DNA of 64,000 bases from an uncultured Clostridia bacterium (GCA_944384445.1 CALWTL010000002.1:3087-67086), one strand, 5' to 3'. Counted from the first letter of the stretch, positions 1 to 10,284 are shown. The notes: a model not told the origin generated them from the letters alone. Numbers and translations: made by a program.

Positions 1-110
1 AATTCAATACTACCATTAATTGAAATAACGACTCGTTGATTTGTTGATAATTCGTCATTATCTTTTATATATACAGAAGTAGGGGTGTCAAACAATAAAA
101 CTTCAATCAT
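1..110 (-). CDS. PSP1-domain protein RicT/YaaT-like, N-terminal fragment (runs off the window)
   Basis: ATG at 110 overlaps the holB TGA stop (ATGA). Translation is MIEVLLFDTPTSVYIKDNDELSTNQRVVISINGSIE, which resembles the YaaT N-terminus. holB-yaaT order as in Bacillus. Confidence 0.5.
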   Translation of the reverse strand, partial: MIEVLLFDTPTSVYIKDNDELSTNQRVVISINGSIE

Positions 111-1033
111 TTGCATAAAAATTTCTCCTTTAGAATATTAAAAAGTAAGTTGTCTAAAATATAAAAAAAGTTAACATTGCTTATTTGTTTTTTATAAGCA
201 TCTTCAATTAAAGGTAATGAATTTAATAAAGCCTTTTTAGGGAATTTCAAATTAATAGTATAAATTAAGTTTTTTTCATATTTATTATAATCTTCTTTAA
301 TGCATGATAATAAAATATCTTGCAAATAAGTAAAAAATGTAGTTTTTTCATTAGATTTTATTGAATTTACTACATTTGGTATATCAGCAGTTGTATTTAA
401 ATTTTGGAAAATATTGTTTATATCTTCAATTATTGTTTTGTAATTTGCATTGTTAGTAAAATTCATAATCTCTGTTAAATTAAAATCTTTGTTGATATAA
501 TTTGTTATATCGATTCCATTTTTTTTCAAATCTGTTGCTATGATTTTTTTATCATCATGATTTAGTAACGGTACAAAAATTTTATTTAATCTACTCATAA
601 CTGTATTTAAAATTTTATCAGTCTTTGTTGTAGTCATAATAAATATGTTATGAGAATTAGGTTCTTCCAACGATTTTAATAATTTGTTTTGTGCAATTTC
701 ATTAATAGTATCAGCATTTAAAATTACAAACACTTTTTTATCAGCAGATATTGGCAAAGTATTTAATTTATTAATGATTTTTGATATGTCTTCAACTTTT
801 ATACTATCTTGATTTAATATTGTTATATCAGGATGCGTTTTTGCTTCAAATTGTTTACAAAATTTACAGTTATCATTTCCTGTATGTTTTTCACAAATCA
901 AAGTTTTAGCAAAGGACATCGCAATAATATTATTTAATTCTTTATCTGATGAAAAGAAAAGATATGAATGCATAATATTTTTATTTAGTCCCAAATTTTT
1001 ATATACTGATGTATTATATATAGTTTCTAACAT
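107..1033 (-). CDS. holB: DNA polymerase III delta-prime subunit
   Basis: 308-aa ORF with a Cys-rich Zn module (CEKHTGNDNCKFCKQF), a Walker B-like VFVILNADT, and LLKSLEEP / VMSRL clamp-loader motifs. Confidence 0.85.
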   Translation of the reverse strand: MLETIYNTSVYKNLGLNKNIMHSYLFFSSDKELNNIIAMSFAKTLICEKHTGNDNCKFCKQFEAKTHPDITILNQDSIKVEDISKIINKLNTLPISADKKVFVILNADTINEIAQNKLLKSLEEPNSHNIFIMTTTKTDKILNTVMSRLNKIFVPLLNHDDKKIIATDLKKNGIDITNYINKDFNLTEIMNFTNNANYKTIIEDINNIFQNLNTTADIPNVVNSIKSNEKTTFFTYLQDILLSCIKEDYNKYEKNLIYTINLKFPKKALLNSLPLIEDAYKKQISNVNFFYILDNLLFNILKEKFLCK

Positions 1034-1084
1034 ATAGATATATTATATCATAAACATATATATTTTACAAATATTTTGAAATAC

Positions 1085-1113
1085 TTGACATGATTGTGAT
1101 ATTGTTCTAATAT
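1085..1113 (+). promoter_or_regulatory. sigma-A type promoter for ORF 1144
   Basis: TTGACA (1085-1090), 17-nt spacer, TAATAT (1108-1113). An AAGGAG RBS precedes ATG 1144. Confidence 0.4.
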
Positions 1114-1143
1114 TTTAAATATTAATGTATTTAAGGAGCGAAA

Positions 1144-1635
1144 ATGGAAAAAACTAGTACTAGAAAATTGTTGATTAACATTAGTAGTATAATTAGTATT
1201 ATTTATTCTATAATGATAATCGCTGGAGGAATAATTTTATTATTTTGTGCTAATATAGTCACTTATGATTTTATTGTAGAAATTTTAACGCAAGACGGTT
1301 CAATTTCTCAATATACAAATAATGAGTTAAATATGATTGTATCAATAACAAAAAATTTCTTTATATTTTCAGGTCTTTATTGTATTTTAATTGGAATAGC
1401 ACAGATGGTTATAGCAATTATCTTAAATTGTAAAAACAGCAGTTTAGCATCAAATAAAGGGCTTATAATATCACTTTTAATTTTATCAATTTTTACAGCT
1501 AATTTTATAAGTGTAGGATTATTAATTGCAACATTATGTTTAAAAATAGATAAAAATATTAACGATGTTTTTATTGAACTTGATAAAAATGATAATTCGA
1601 ATAGTTCATTTAATATGGAAGGAAAAGAAAATTAA
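1144..1635 (+). CDS. hypothetical integral membrane protein (about 4 TM helices)
   Basis: 163-aa ORF with a good RBS and four long hydrophobic stretches. No family recognised. Confidence 0.6.
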   Translation: MEKTSTRKLLINISSIISIIYSIMIIAGGIILLFCANIVTYDFIVEILTQDGSISQYTNNELNMIVSITKNFFIFSGLYCILIGIAQMVIAIILNCKNSSLASNKGLIISLLILSIFTANFISVGLLIATLCLKIDKNINDVFIELDKNDNSNSSFNMEGKEN

Positions 1636-1661
1636 TAATAAATAATAATTTTTCAAACAAA

Positions 1662-1698
1662 AATACCAAGTGTTGATTTTATCACTTGGTATTTTTTG
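1662..1698. terminator. bidirectional intrinsic terminator between ORF 1144 and greA
   Basis: 11-bp arms AATACCAAGTG / CACTTGGTATT, flanked by an A-run upstream and a T-run downstream. Confidence 0.7.
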
Positions 1699-1743
1699 AT
1701 TTTTTAAGCAATTTAAAATAATTATTGTATGGAATTAAAAATA

Positions 1744-2211
1744 TTATTTGATACCTATAATTTTATATTCTACTATTCCCATAGGGGTTTTGATTTTTGC
1801 AATTTCTCCAATTTTTTTATCCATTAAACCAGCACCAATAGGTGAGGCATTGCTAATTAAACCATTCATAGGGTCAGAATCCGTATCACCAACTATTTTA
1901 TATTCAAATGTTTGATTATTTTTTACATTTTGAATAGAAACTTTACAGCCAATACTAACTTTATTTGTATTAACTTTTTTGTTATCTATTATTTCAACTG
2001 ATTTTAATTTATTTTCTAATTCAAAGATTTCTGTTTCAACACTTGCTTGTTCATCACGAGCAATATCGTATTCACTATTTTCACTTAAATCGCCATAACT
2101 TCTTGCTTCTGCTAACTTTTCGGCAACTTCTTGACGTCTAACTGTTTTTAGATAGTCTAGTCTTTCCTTTGTACGTTCATAGCCTTCTTTTGTCATAAAA
2201 TTTTTATCCAT
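1744..2211 (-). CDS. greA: transcription elongation factor GreA
   Basis: MTKEGYERTKERLDYLKTVRRQEVAEKLAEARSYGDLSENSEYDIARDEQ is the GreA coiled-coil signature. Start placed at ATG 2211 (MDKNF...), 6 nt after GGAG. The ORF track start at 2223 has no RBS. Confidence 0.9.
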   Translation of the reverse strand: MDKNFMTKEGYERTKERLDYLKTVRRQEVAEKLAEARSYGDLSENSEYDIARDEQASVETEIFELENKLKSVEIIDNKKVNTNKVSIGCKVSIQNVKNNQTFEYKIVGDTDSDPMNGLISNASPIGAGLMDKKIGEIAKIKTPMGIVEYKIIGIK

Positions 2212-2236
2212 AAGCCTCTCCATAACATTAAATAAA

Positions 2237-2260
2237 GTCGCAATAGATTTCTATCGCAAC
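2237..2260 (-). terminator. terminator-like hairpin in the greA leader, downstream of pfkA
   Basis: Minus-strand RNA is GUUGCGAUAG-AAAU-CUAUUGCGAC: a 10-bp stem with 2 G-U pairs, so it is strand specific. It is followed by UUUAUUUAAUGUU. Confidence 0.5.
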
Positions 2261-2271
2261 TATTATTTTGA

Positions 2272-2301
2272 ATTATATCATTTTATATTATTCAGTGTCA
2301 A
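2272..2301 (-). promoter_or_regulatory. greA promoter with extended -10
   Basis: Minus strand reads TTGACA (2301-2296), 18-nt spacer, TGaTATAAT (-10 hexamer at 2277-2272). Confidence 0.5.
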
Positions 2302-2310
2302 GAGATTTTG

Positions 2311-3219
2311 TTAAAATTTAAAACAGTTTTCAATTGATTTAGAAACTAAGCTATTATTATCAAAACCTATTGCACAATTAAATTTTTTATCCAAAATTGA
2401 CTGTATAGCAAGTTTACCTGCACTTATGCCATATCTTCTATCAAATGCTGACGGAGTTCCACCACGTTGAATATAACCTAATATGTGTGGACGAAATTGA
2501 ATTTTACATTTTTCTTGTAGTATTTCACATAGATTTTCAATATTTGCTGAATTTTCAAGAACCAAAACGATAGGAGGTAGGTGATTACCATCGTTATTAG
2601 ATTTTATTGATTTTGCCAAATTAGTGATGTTAAAATCATTACTTTTAATTAGCAAATCTGTATTGATTGCTTTGCCAACAGTATCAATTAAGTCTGTACA
2701 TTTGTTTCCCATAATTTTAATTATTGCACCATAATTAAAAGCAGATAATGAATCACATATATTATCAATGGAATTTACTATATTATTAGTAGCTGTATCA
2801 AAACCTATTGTATACGTAAAATTTAAGTCATTGTCAATTGTTCCTGGCAGACATATAACATTTATACCATTATCTCTAAGTTTCATTGCTCCTTTTAAAC
2901 TGCCATCTCCACCAATAATAATTAGTGCATCAATTTTATTATTTTTCAAGTTTGTTATTGCTAATTTGAAGTGATTTGACTTTAAAAATCGTTTGCTTCT
3001 ACCACATCTTAAAATACTACCGCCACGATTAATTCTACCTGAAAGAAAAGAATAATTTAATTCTATAAAATTGTTATCAATCAATCCGTCATAGCCATTG
3101 AATATACCAAAAATTTTAAGATCGTTTTTTTGACATTCACAAAAGGCTCCATAAATAGCAGAGTTCATTCCTGGGGCATCTCCACCGCTAGTAAGTATAG
3201 CAATATTTTTTATCTTCAT
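2311..3219 (-). CDS. pfkA: ATP-dependent 6-phosphofructokinase
   Basis: LTSGGDAPGMNSAI, IIGGDGSLKGA, PGTIDNDL and GYIQRGG motifs. 302 aa. Confidence 0.9.
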   Translation of the reverse strand: MKIKNIAILTSGGDAPGMNSAIYGAFCECQKNDLKIFGIFNGYDGLIDNNFIELNYSFLSGRINRGGSILRCGRSKRFLKSNHFKLAITNLKNNKIDALIIIGGDGSLKGAMKLRDNGINVICLPGTIDNDLNFTYTIGFDTATNNIVNSIDNICDSLSAFNYGAIIKIMGNKCTDLIDTVGKAINTDLLIKSNDFNITNLAKSIKSNNDGNHLPPIVLVLENSANIENLCEILQEKCKIQFRPHILGYIQRGGTPSAFDRRYGISAGKLAIQSILDKKFNCAIGFDNNSLVSKSIENCFKF

Positions 3220-3276
3220 AAATACTCCTAAATTTTGTTGATTTTATAATAATTTTTAATAAAATTAAAAAATAAA

Positions 3277-3537
3277 CTAGTTTGAATTATTAATATGCTC
3301 TAATATAAATTTATCAAATATAACAGATTCTACAAAATCATCAGGTTTAAATGTGCAAACATTGAACAAATTAAAATCATAAACATGTTTGTCCAAAAGC
3401 ACAGGGGTAGGAATATTCATAGAATGACAAAGATTTTTTAGCATGTCAAAAAAAGTGGTATTTTTTTCATCTACCAGAATAGTTGTACTTTTAATAATTT
3501 TATCATCACTTAATATTTTTCCCCAAATTTTTATCAT
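3277..3537 (-). CDS. hypothetical small protein
   Basis: 86-aa ORF upstream of pfkA on the same strand. No family recognised. Confidence 0.4.
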   Translation of the reverse strand: MIKIWGKILSDDKIIKSTTILVDEKNTTFFDMLKNLCHSMNIPTPVLLDKHVYDFNLFNVCTFKPDDFVESVIFDKFILEHINNSN

Positions 3538-3623
3538 AATTACATTGTAGTATAAACATTAAAAAAAATCAAACAATTTATAAATTATTTGACTTTTATC
3601 ACAAATTTTAGTAGCATAAAAAT

Positions 3624-4793
3624 ATGAAAAATTTAGTATCTTTAACATATCTAGATAGTTATGATAATTTAAAAGTTAAAACTGCTATAGAAAAAGCATT
3701 TTTTAATTTAAAAATAGACACTATTATTAAACCTAATATGAAAGTGCTATTAAAAGTTTGTTTACCTCAAAGCATACAACCTGATAGTGCAGAGACCTCT
3801 CATCCATCAATAGTGAGAGGAGTCGTAGACATGATTAACAGTTTAGGTGCAAAATGCATTATTGCAGATAGTCCATATAAAACATATTCATTATCACATT
3901 TAGACGAAGTATATTTTGATACTGGAATGTTAGAAGTAGCTAATTCTTCGAATTGTGAGTTAAATCATAATTTAAAAATATTTACAATAAATACACCGAA
4001 TGGATTAAAAGCTAAAAGCATAACATTATTAGATGTTATAAATGAAGTTGACGTAATAATTAATTTAGGTAAAATTAAAATAGATGAAAATTTAGGTTAT
4101 TTAGGTGCTAGTGCCAATATGTTTGGTTTGGTACCAGGAGAAATGAAATCTCTTGTTCTTAATAGATTGAATACAATAGGTGATTATAATAATTATTTGA
4201 TTGATATTATTGATGCTCTCAAGAGTAAATTAATATTTAATATTTTAGATGGAGTAGTTGCGATTGAAGCTGGTGAAACACAACGAATGTTATCTTGTAT
4301 CGCAATGAGTGAAAACATATTTAGTTTAGATGCATCAATTATCAATTTACTAGGATTGAATTATAACAATACAATAATTAAACAAGCAAGTGATAGGGGA
4401 TTTATTGACATAAATTTTCCTTTCGAAATCATTGGAGAAAAAATAGATTCTTTCAGAATTGACGATTTTGCACTATATGATTATGATTTAAATACTTCAA
4501 TACATAATAATATTAGTAAACAAAAAATATATTTTAATTCACATCAACAACGTCCAGTTATTAAACCAAAGACATGTAAAGGCTGTTCTGTTTGCAGTAA
4601 AATTTGTCCAACAAACGCAATTATGATGAAGTATGATAAGAATGGAGAACTTTATGCCGACATTGATTATAAAAAATGTATTTTTTGCAATAAATGTTTT
4701 TTAAGTTGTCCATATATGGTAGTAAAGCTTAAAACTCCTATTGGATTTAAAAAATTGCATAAAGAAATAAATAAATATAATGATGAAAAATAA
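3624..4793 (+). CDS. DUF362-domain protein with C-terminal 2x[4Fe-4S] ferredoxin domain
   Basis: C-terminus carries CKGCSVCSKICP and CIFCNKCFLSCP clusters. The N-terminal two thirds resemble DUF362. Confidence 0.65.
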   Translation: MKNLVSLTYLDSYDNLKVKTAIEKAFFNLKIDTIIKPNMKVLLKVCLPQSIQPDSAETSHPSIVRGVVDMINSLGAKCIIADSPYKTYSLSHLDEVYFDTGMLEVANSSNCELNHNLKIFTINTPNGLKAKSITLLDVINEVDVIINLGKIKIDENLGYLGASANMFGLVPGEMKSLVLNRLNTIGDYNNYLIDIIDALKSKLIFNILDGVVAIEAGETQRMLSCIAMSENIFSLDASIINLLGLNYNNTIIKQASDRGFIDINFPFEIIGEKIDSFRIDDFALYDYDLNTSIHNNISKQKIYFNSHQQRPVIKPKTCKGCSVCSKICPTNAIMMKYDKNGELYADIDYKKCIFCNKCFLSCPYMVVKLKTPIGFKKLHKEINKYNDEK

Positions 4794-4830
4794 AAAAATT
4801 TATTACTTTATCATAAGTTAAAAAAAATAA

Positions 4831-4868
4831 AAAAGGTTTTATCTTCTTTAATGATAAAACCTTTTTTT
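4831..4868. terminator. bidirectional intrinsic terminator between convergent genes
   Basis: 13-bp arms AAAAGGTTTTATC / GATAAAACCTTTT followed by a T-run. Confidence 0.75.
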
Positions 4869-4895
4869 GTATCTAAATTAATTTATTATTTTAAA

Positions 4896-5909
4896 TTATT
4901 GAACAGTTGTTTTATTACCAAAAGTTTCAGTTTGATTAGCTGGAACTAATTGATTTGGAGCAGTTTGACCTTCAGGATATAAATATCTTTCCATAACATT
5001 TACGTCTGTAGCATTGTCTGATACTATAACATCAAATGCACCTGTTGAAGTATTTGCTGAAGAACTACCTTTTGGACCGCTTCCAATGTATATAGTATTA
5101 CATGTATCAGCAAATGTATTTCCAGAGATTTCGACACCATTTAAGATACTACCAGGTGCACCAATTACATCAGTAGGTTTATCTGTTTCACCAAGTCTAA
5201 CTTTTATAGAAATTGCAATACTATCAGTTGCAGCACCTGCAGTTGTATTAAATTTATTATTTTTAATAACAATTTTGTCTACTTCAGTGTTATATATGTT
5301 CAAGTCAAGAGCATAGCCTGCAGTTGAAAGAGTCCCTTCTGTAGTTTCACCACCAAATATACAATCTTGAATATATAAATTAGTAAAAGATGTTAAGTAA
5401 ACACACTTATCTCCACCTTCACCTGTATAACCTGTTGTAAATACGCAATTGATGAATGTTAAATCAACTTTTTTTGTTGAAGCTATTGAACTAGCGAATG
5501 TGCAATTTTTATAAACGTAAGATTTTCCATCTTCCCATAATGAAACTTGTTCTTCATAAGTGTATCCTGCTTCACCATTAACAATTTCATCAACTTTTTT
5601 AAGTTCTATTGAACCAGTGACAACTTCGTATTTTTTTGTATCTTTTGGTGTAAATGTCCAACTGTAATTTTTTATACCATTTTCAACAATTTGGTCATTA
5701 TCCCATGAAATAGTGCCATCTATTTTAGTTGAAACTGAAAGGGTAGGCAAAGTTTCAGTGTCAAAATAATATGATGAAGCACTTACTGTAATATCTGGTT
5801 TTACAGCTTTTTCACCGCAAGCAGAAAGCATTAATATACTTGCAAAAATAAATATAGCAACAAAAATTTTAAGTATAAGCTTATTATTAGTACCTATATA
5901 ATTTTTCAT
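4896..5909 (-). CDS. lipoprotein, probable right-handed beta-helix surface protein
   Basis: Signal peptide with lipobox ILMLSAC. C-terminal half has repeated short beta-strand turns (NCTF.., INCVFTTG.., IQDCIFGG.., ISGNTFADT). Confidence 0.6.
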   Translation of the reverse strand: MKNYIGTNNKLILKIFVAIFIFASILMLSACGEKAVKPDITVSASSYYFDTETLPTLSVSTKIDGTISWDNDQIVENGIKNYSWTFTPKDTKKYEVVTGSIELKKVDEIVNGEAGYTYEEQVSLWEDGKSYVYKNCTFASSIASTKKVDLTFINCVFTTGYTGEGGDKCVYLTSFTNLYIQDCIFGGETTEGTLSTAGYALDLNIYNTEVDKIVIKNNKFNTTAGAATDSIAISIKVRLGETDKPTDVIGAPGSILNGVEISGNTFADTCNTIYIGSGPKGSSSANTSTGAFDVIVSDNATDVNVMERYLYPEGQTAPNQLVPANQTETFGNKTTVQ

Positions 5910-6207
5910 ATTTCACTCCTTTTATATATTATGATTATATTATCATAAATAAATTAAAATTACAAGCAATTTTAATAAATATATTTTTTATCATATTTTT
6001 TATTTTATCTTACATTTATTATAAATAATTATATGATAATTAACATTAGTATAATAATTAACAATAATATAAAATAATATGAATTTACTATAATTTAAAT
6101 AAAATTTTTAAATTATTATTTTTATTGTATTAATTTTTATAATTATTAAATTTATTTTGAATAATTTTTAAAAAATTAAACATTATAATTAAAAAGTGGG
6201 AGATAAA

Positions 6208-6462
6208 ATGTTTAGATTATTTGCTTTTATATTAGCTAGTCTAGGTGGATTAAACTGGTTAATGATAGGTGCATTACAATATGATTTTATTGCAGGAATT
6301 TTTGGTACACAAGCTAATGTTTTTAGTAGGATAATTTATGTTTTAATAGGTGTTGCTAGCATGTATATTCTTGTTGTGACAGTCTTTTCAAAAGGCAGAT
6401 TAAAATTATTTGGATATAAGAAAAAGAAAGAAAAGAAAAAAGAAGAAATTGAAGAATTTTAA
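6208..6462 (+). CDS. DUF378-family small membrane protein
   Basis: LGGLNWLMIGALQYDFIAGIFG....SRIIYVLIGVAS matches the DUF378 pattern. ATG 6208 follows a GGGAG RBS, whereas the track start GTG 6196 lies inside the RBS. Confidence 0.75.
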   Translation: MFRLFAFILASLGGLNWLMIGALQYDFIAGIFGTQANVFSRIIYVLIGVASMYILVVTVFSKGRLKLFGYKKKKEKKKEEIEEF

Positions 6463-6628
6463 AATTCATAAAAATAAAGTAATAAAAATTTTTAAAAAAT
6501 ATAAAATTAATACAAAAAATATTATTTTTTATATATAATTATTAAAAATTTTTATTTTTTTTATTAAATGAATTATATTTTATTTATAAAAAATTTATTA
6601 TATGAAATTATTATTTACTCTAAATAAA

Positions 6629-6653
6629 AAAACTCCAATTTATTTGGAGTTTT
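6629..6653 (-). terminator. intrinsic terminator at the dnaE 3' end
   Basis: 10-bp arms AAAACTCCAA / TTGGAGTTTT overlapping the dnaE stop codon. U-run on the minus-strand transcript. Confidence 0.6.
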
Positions 6654-9600
6654 AATTTTGTATAAATATATCAGATTTATCAATTATTGTTTCTAATTCA
6701 TAAATGAGACTTTCACGTATTGTTATTAAATAATTTGTTTTGTAAGCTTTTTTTGTTGCTTTGTCTATAATATTAACTTCGTCAATGCCATTATAACTAG
6801 ATAATATCTTTTTTACTGTTTCGTGTAATATACCATCATTGATATTATATTTTAACCACAATTTTCTAGGTTTAACGACTTCAACTTCATCATTTACTTG
6901 TGCAGATTTTTCATGTTTATTATCATCATTTTGATTAGATAACAGTTCAATGTTATCAACCATTATTGAAGGTCTCCTGCCATCTCGAATTGAGAATTTA
7001 CCTTTTATGGCAACTAAAGCATCTTTTGTTAATATGTCTTTAAATTTATCGTATGCTTTGTTGAATATTACAGCTTCAAAATTACCAGTTAAATCTTCAA
7101 TAGTAGCAAAGGCCATTTTTGCTCCAGTTTTGGTAGTCTTAACATTAAAATCTGTGATGACTCCACCACATGTGACAACGTCTCCATTTTTTAATCCATT
7201 GTACATTTCTTCATCTTCAGGATAGTCATTTATCATTTCATTATCTAAATCATCATCTTCAATATTTTCATTTGGTATCATTGAAGAATTGAATGTAAAA
7301 TCTTTTATAATATTTATAAATTCATCTAAGGGATGACCGGATAAATAAGTTCCTGCGATTTCTTTTTCATACTGCAACTTTATTTGATTAACATATTCGT
7401 TAATATTTGGGTATTCATTTTCTTCAATAAGACTAGTATCTTCAATAAAATCTCCAAATAAATCCATTTGTCCATTCATAGATTTCTTTTTTCTTTCAAT
7501 TGCACGGTCAACCATAATGCTGTAAACAGCCATCAAATGACTACGTGGTCGGTTAAAACAATCGAATGCTCCAGCTTTAATCAATGATTCAATACAGCGT
7601 TTGTTCAATGCTTGAGAACTTGCTCTCCATATAAAATCTGATAAATCTTTGTATGGACCATTTTCATTTCTTTCGCGGATTATATCTTCAACAACTCCTA
7701 TACCTACATTTTTAAGTGCAGCCAAACCATATCGTATTGTTTTGCCATCGGTGTCAAAATATGTATTACTCAAATTTATGTCAGGTGGAAGGATATCAAT
7801 TTTTTCTTGTTTTGCGTAAGCAATATAATATTTTAGTTTATCAGGTTTAGCAAATTTATTATTTAAGATTGCTGTAATAAATTCCATTTTATAATATGTT
7901 TTTAAATATGCTGTTTGATATGTTATGAATGAATATGCTGCAGCATGTGATTTATTAAAAGCATATGAGGCAAAAGATTCCATCTCTCCCCATATCTTAT
8001 TAGCAATTTCTTCACTAACACCATTGTTAATTGCTCCAATTATAGGAGGATTATACTTACCATGATTATCAGTATATGCTTCTCGTCCATGCAAAAAGGC
8101 TTCTTTCCATTTTAACATTTCTTCCATTTTCTTTTTACCCATTGCACGTCTAATCATATCTGCTTGTCCTAATGAAAATCCTGCCATATCTTGACAAATT
8201 CTCATAACTTGTTCTTGATAAACGATGCAACCATAGGTCACTTTAAGAATTGGTTCGAGGATAGGGTGGTCGTATGTCGTGTCTTCTGGATGATGTTTGT
8301 TGTGTACATATCTAGGAATACTATCCATAGGTCCAGGTCTATATAATGACACGGCAGCCACAATATCTTCTATACATGTTGGTTGTAATTCTTTTAAGAA
8401 TTTTTTAAATCCAGCGGATTCTATTTGGAAAATACCATCTGTATTACCTGTTGATATAAGCTTAAATACATTAGGGTCATCATAAGTACATTTATCAAAA
8501 TCTATATCGATGCCATAATTCTTTTTAATAAGTTTTATAGCACCTTTAATATCTGTCAAGTTTGTTAAGCCTAAAAAGTCCATTTTTAAATGACCTAACT
8601 TTTCCATATCGGCACCTTCATACTGAGTGGATATTATATCACCATTTCTACTTAAAGGTACATATTTATCCAATATATCAGCACCGATAATAACACCACA
8701 AGGATGGATTGAACTTTGTCTTGGAAAATCTTCGACTTTCATTGCAATATCAACCATTTTTTTAATCTGAGGGTCAGAATTATACATTTCTATTAATTCT
8801 GGCACAGCATAAACAGTTCCAAAATCTTTATCTCCTTCTTTTGGAATGTGAAAACCAAAGCATTTAGGTAAAATTGGAGATTTGTACATTGGAATATTTT
8901 TCGTTATTTTATCACATACAGAGTATGGTATACGGAGAACACGTCCGACATCTTTAATTGCATTTTTTGCTTTCATAGTACCAAATGTAATGATTCGAAT
9001 AACTCGGTCTTTACCATACTTCTTTGTGACATAATCAATCACTTCATCGCGTCGAACATCTTCAAAGTCTATATCAAAATCTGGGGCAGATACACGCTCT
9101 GTGTTCAAAAAACGTTCAAAATATAGGTCATATTTCAATGGGTCAATATTAGTTATTCCCATACTATATGCGACCAAAGAACCTGCACCAGAGCCTCTGC
9201 CTGGTCCAACAGATATTCCCATATTCTTTGCTGCATTTATATAGTCCCAAACTATTAAAAAATATTCAATAAAACCTTGTTTTTCAATAACTGAAATTTC
9301 TCTATTAAGACGCTCTCTAATTTGTTCAGTATATTCGCCATATTTTTTTTTAATACCTTTGTCTACAAGGTTTAGTAAATATTCTTTTGGTGTTTTACCG
9401 TCCACTTCGTTATATCCGCCATTAGGCTCATAACTTGGGAAATGATATATACCTTTATCGTATTCATCAAAAGAGTAATTACATTTTTCTGCAATTTCTA
9501 GTGTGTTATTTAAAGCATCTTCATCGTTAGGTAAACCTTCTAACATTTGGTCATACGTTTTAAAATATAACTCATCAGTTGGAAATTTCAGTCTATCGGG

Positions 9601-10284
9601 GTCGTCAACAAACTTTTGCATAGCAACGCACATTAATACATCTTGCATCTCTGCATCTTCTTTGAATAAATAATGAACATCATTAGTTGCGACCAATTTA
9701 ATGTTAAATTTTTTAGAATATTCACGCAATTTTTCATTCACTATTTCTTGTTCAGGAATACCATTATGTTGTATTTCAAGGTAAAAATCATCGTTAAAGA
9801 CAGATTTAAACCATAAAATTAATTCTTCTGCTTTTTGATATTGTTCTTGCAAAATTAATTTTGGGATATCACCAGCAAGACATGCAGATAAGCAAATGAG
9901 TCCGTCACTGTGAGCTTTTAAAGTGGGGTAATCTATTCTTGGTTTATAATAATACCCATCTCTAAACGCAATAGAGTTAAGCAAACATAAATTTTTATAA
10001 CCTTGTTCATTTTTTGCTAATATAATTAAATGAGAAAGTTTTGTTTTTCCGGTCTTAACAGTTAAATCTTCAGCTACATAAAATTCAGTACCAAATATAG
10101 GTTTAATTCCCGCTTTTTTGCAATGATTAAAAAAATGAATTGCACCATACATGTTGCCATGGTCTGTAATGGCAACAGCTGGCATATTATAATCTTTTGC
10201 CAATTGAACTAATTTTTTTATTCGTGCGGCACCATCAAGCAATGAAAATTCCGTATGTACATGTAAATGGACAAAAGGTTTCAT
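6652..10284 (-). CDS. dnaE: DNA polymerase III alpha subunit (DnaE type)
   Basis: 1210 aa with N-terminal PHP domain HLHVHTEFSLLDGA and the PDFDIDF catalytic motif, followed by a C-terminal OB-fold region. Confidence 0.95.
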   Translation of the reverse strand: MKPFVHLHVHTEFSLLDGAARIKKLVQLAKDYNMPAVAITDHGNMYGAIHFFNHCKKAGIKPIFGTEFYVAEDLTVKTGKTKLSHLIILAKNEQGYKNLCLLNSIAFRDGYYYKPRIDYPTLKAHSDGLICLSACLAGDIPKLILQEQYQKAEELILWFKSVFNDDFYLEIQHNGIPEQEIVNEKLREYSKKFNIKLVATNDVHYLFKEDAEMQDVLMCVAMQKFVDDPDRLKFPTDELYFKTYDQMLEGLPNDEDALNNTLEIAEKCNYSFDEYDKGIYHFPSYEPNGGYNEVDGKTPKEYLLNLVDKGIKKKYGEYTEQIRERLNREISVIEKQGFIEYFLIVWDYINAAKNMGISVGPGRGSGAGSLVAYSMGITNIDPLKYDLYFERFLNTERVSAPDFDIDFEDVRRDEVIDYVTKKYGKDRVIRIITFGTMKAKNAIKDVGRVLRIPYSVCDKITKNIPMYKSPILPKCFGFHIPKEGDKDFGTVYAVPELIEMYNSDPQIKKMVDIAMKVEDFPRQSSIHPCGVIIGADILDKYVPLSRNGDIISTQYEGADMEKLGHLKMDFLGLTNLTDIKGAIKLIKKNYGIDIDFDKCTYDDPNVFKLISTGNTDGIFQIESAGFKKFLKELQPTCIEDIVAAVSLYRPGPMDSIPRYVHNKHHPEDTTYDHPILEPILKVTYGCIVYQEQVMRICQDMAGFSLGQADMIRRAMGKKKMEEMLKWKEAFLHGREAYTDNHGKYNPPIIGAINNGVSEEIANKIWGEMESFASYAFNKSHAAAYSFITYQTAYLKTYYKMEFITAILNNKFAKPDKLKYYIAYAKQEKIDILPPDINLSNTYFDTDGKTIRYGLAALKNVGIGVVEDIIRERNENGPYKDLSDFIWRASSQALNKRCIESLIKAGAFDCFNRPRSHLMAVYSIMVDRAIERKKKSMNGQMDLFGDFIEDTSLIEENEYPNINEYVNQIKLQYEKEIAGTYLSGHPLDEFINIIKDFTFNSSMIPNENIEDDDLDNEMINDYPEDEEMYNGLKNGDVVTCGGVITDFNVKTTKTGAKMAFATIEDLTGNFEAVIFNKAYDKFKDILTKDALVAIKGKFSIRDGRRPSIMVDNIELLSNQNDDNKHEKSAQVNDEVEVVKPRKLWLKYNINDGILHETVKKILSSYNGIDEVNIIDKATKKAYKTNYLITIRESLIYELETIIDKSDIFIQN

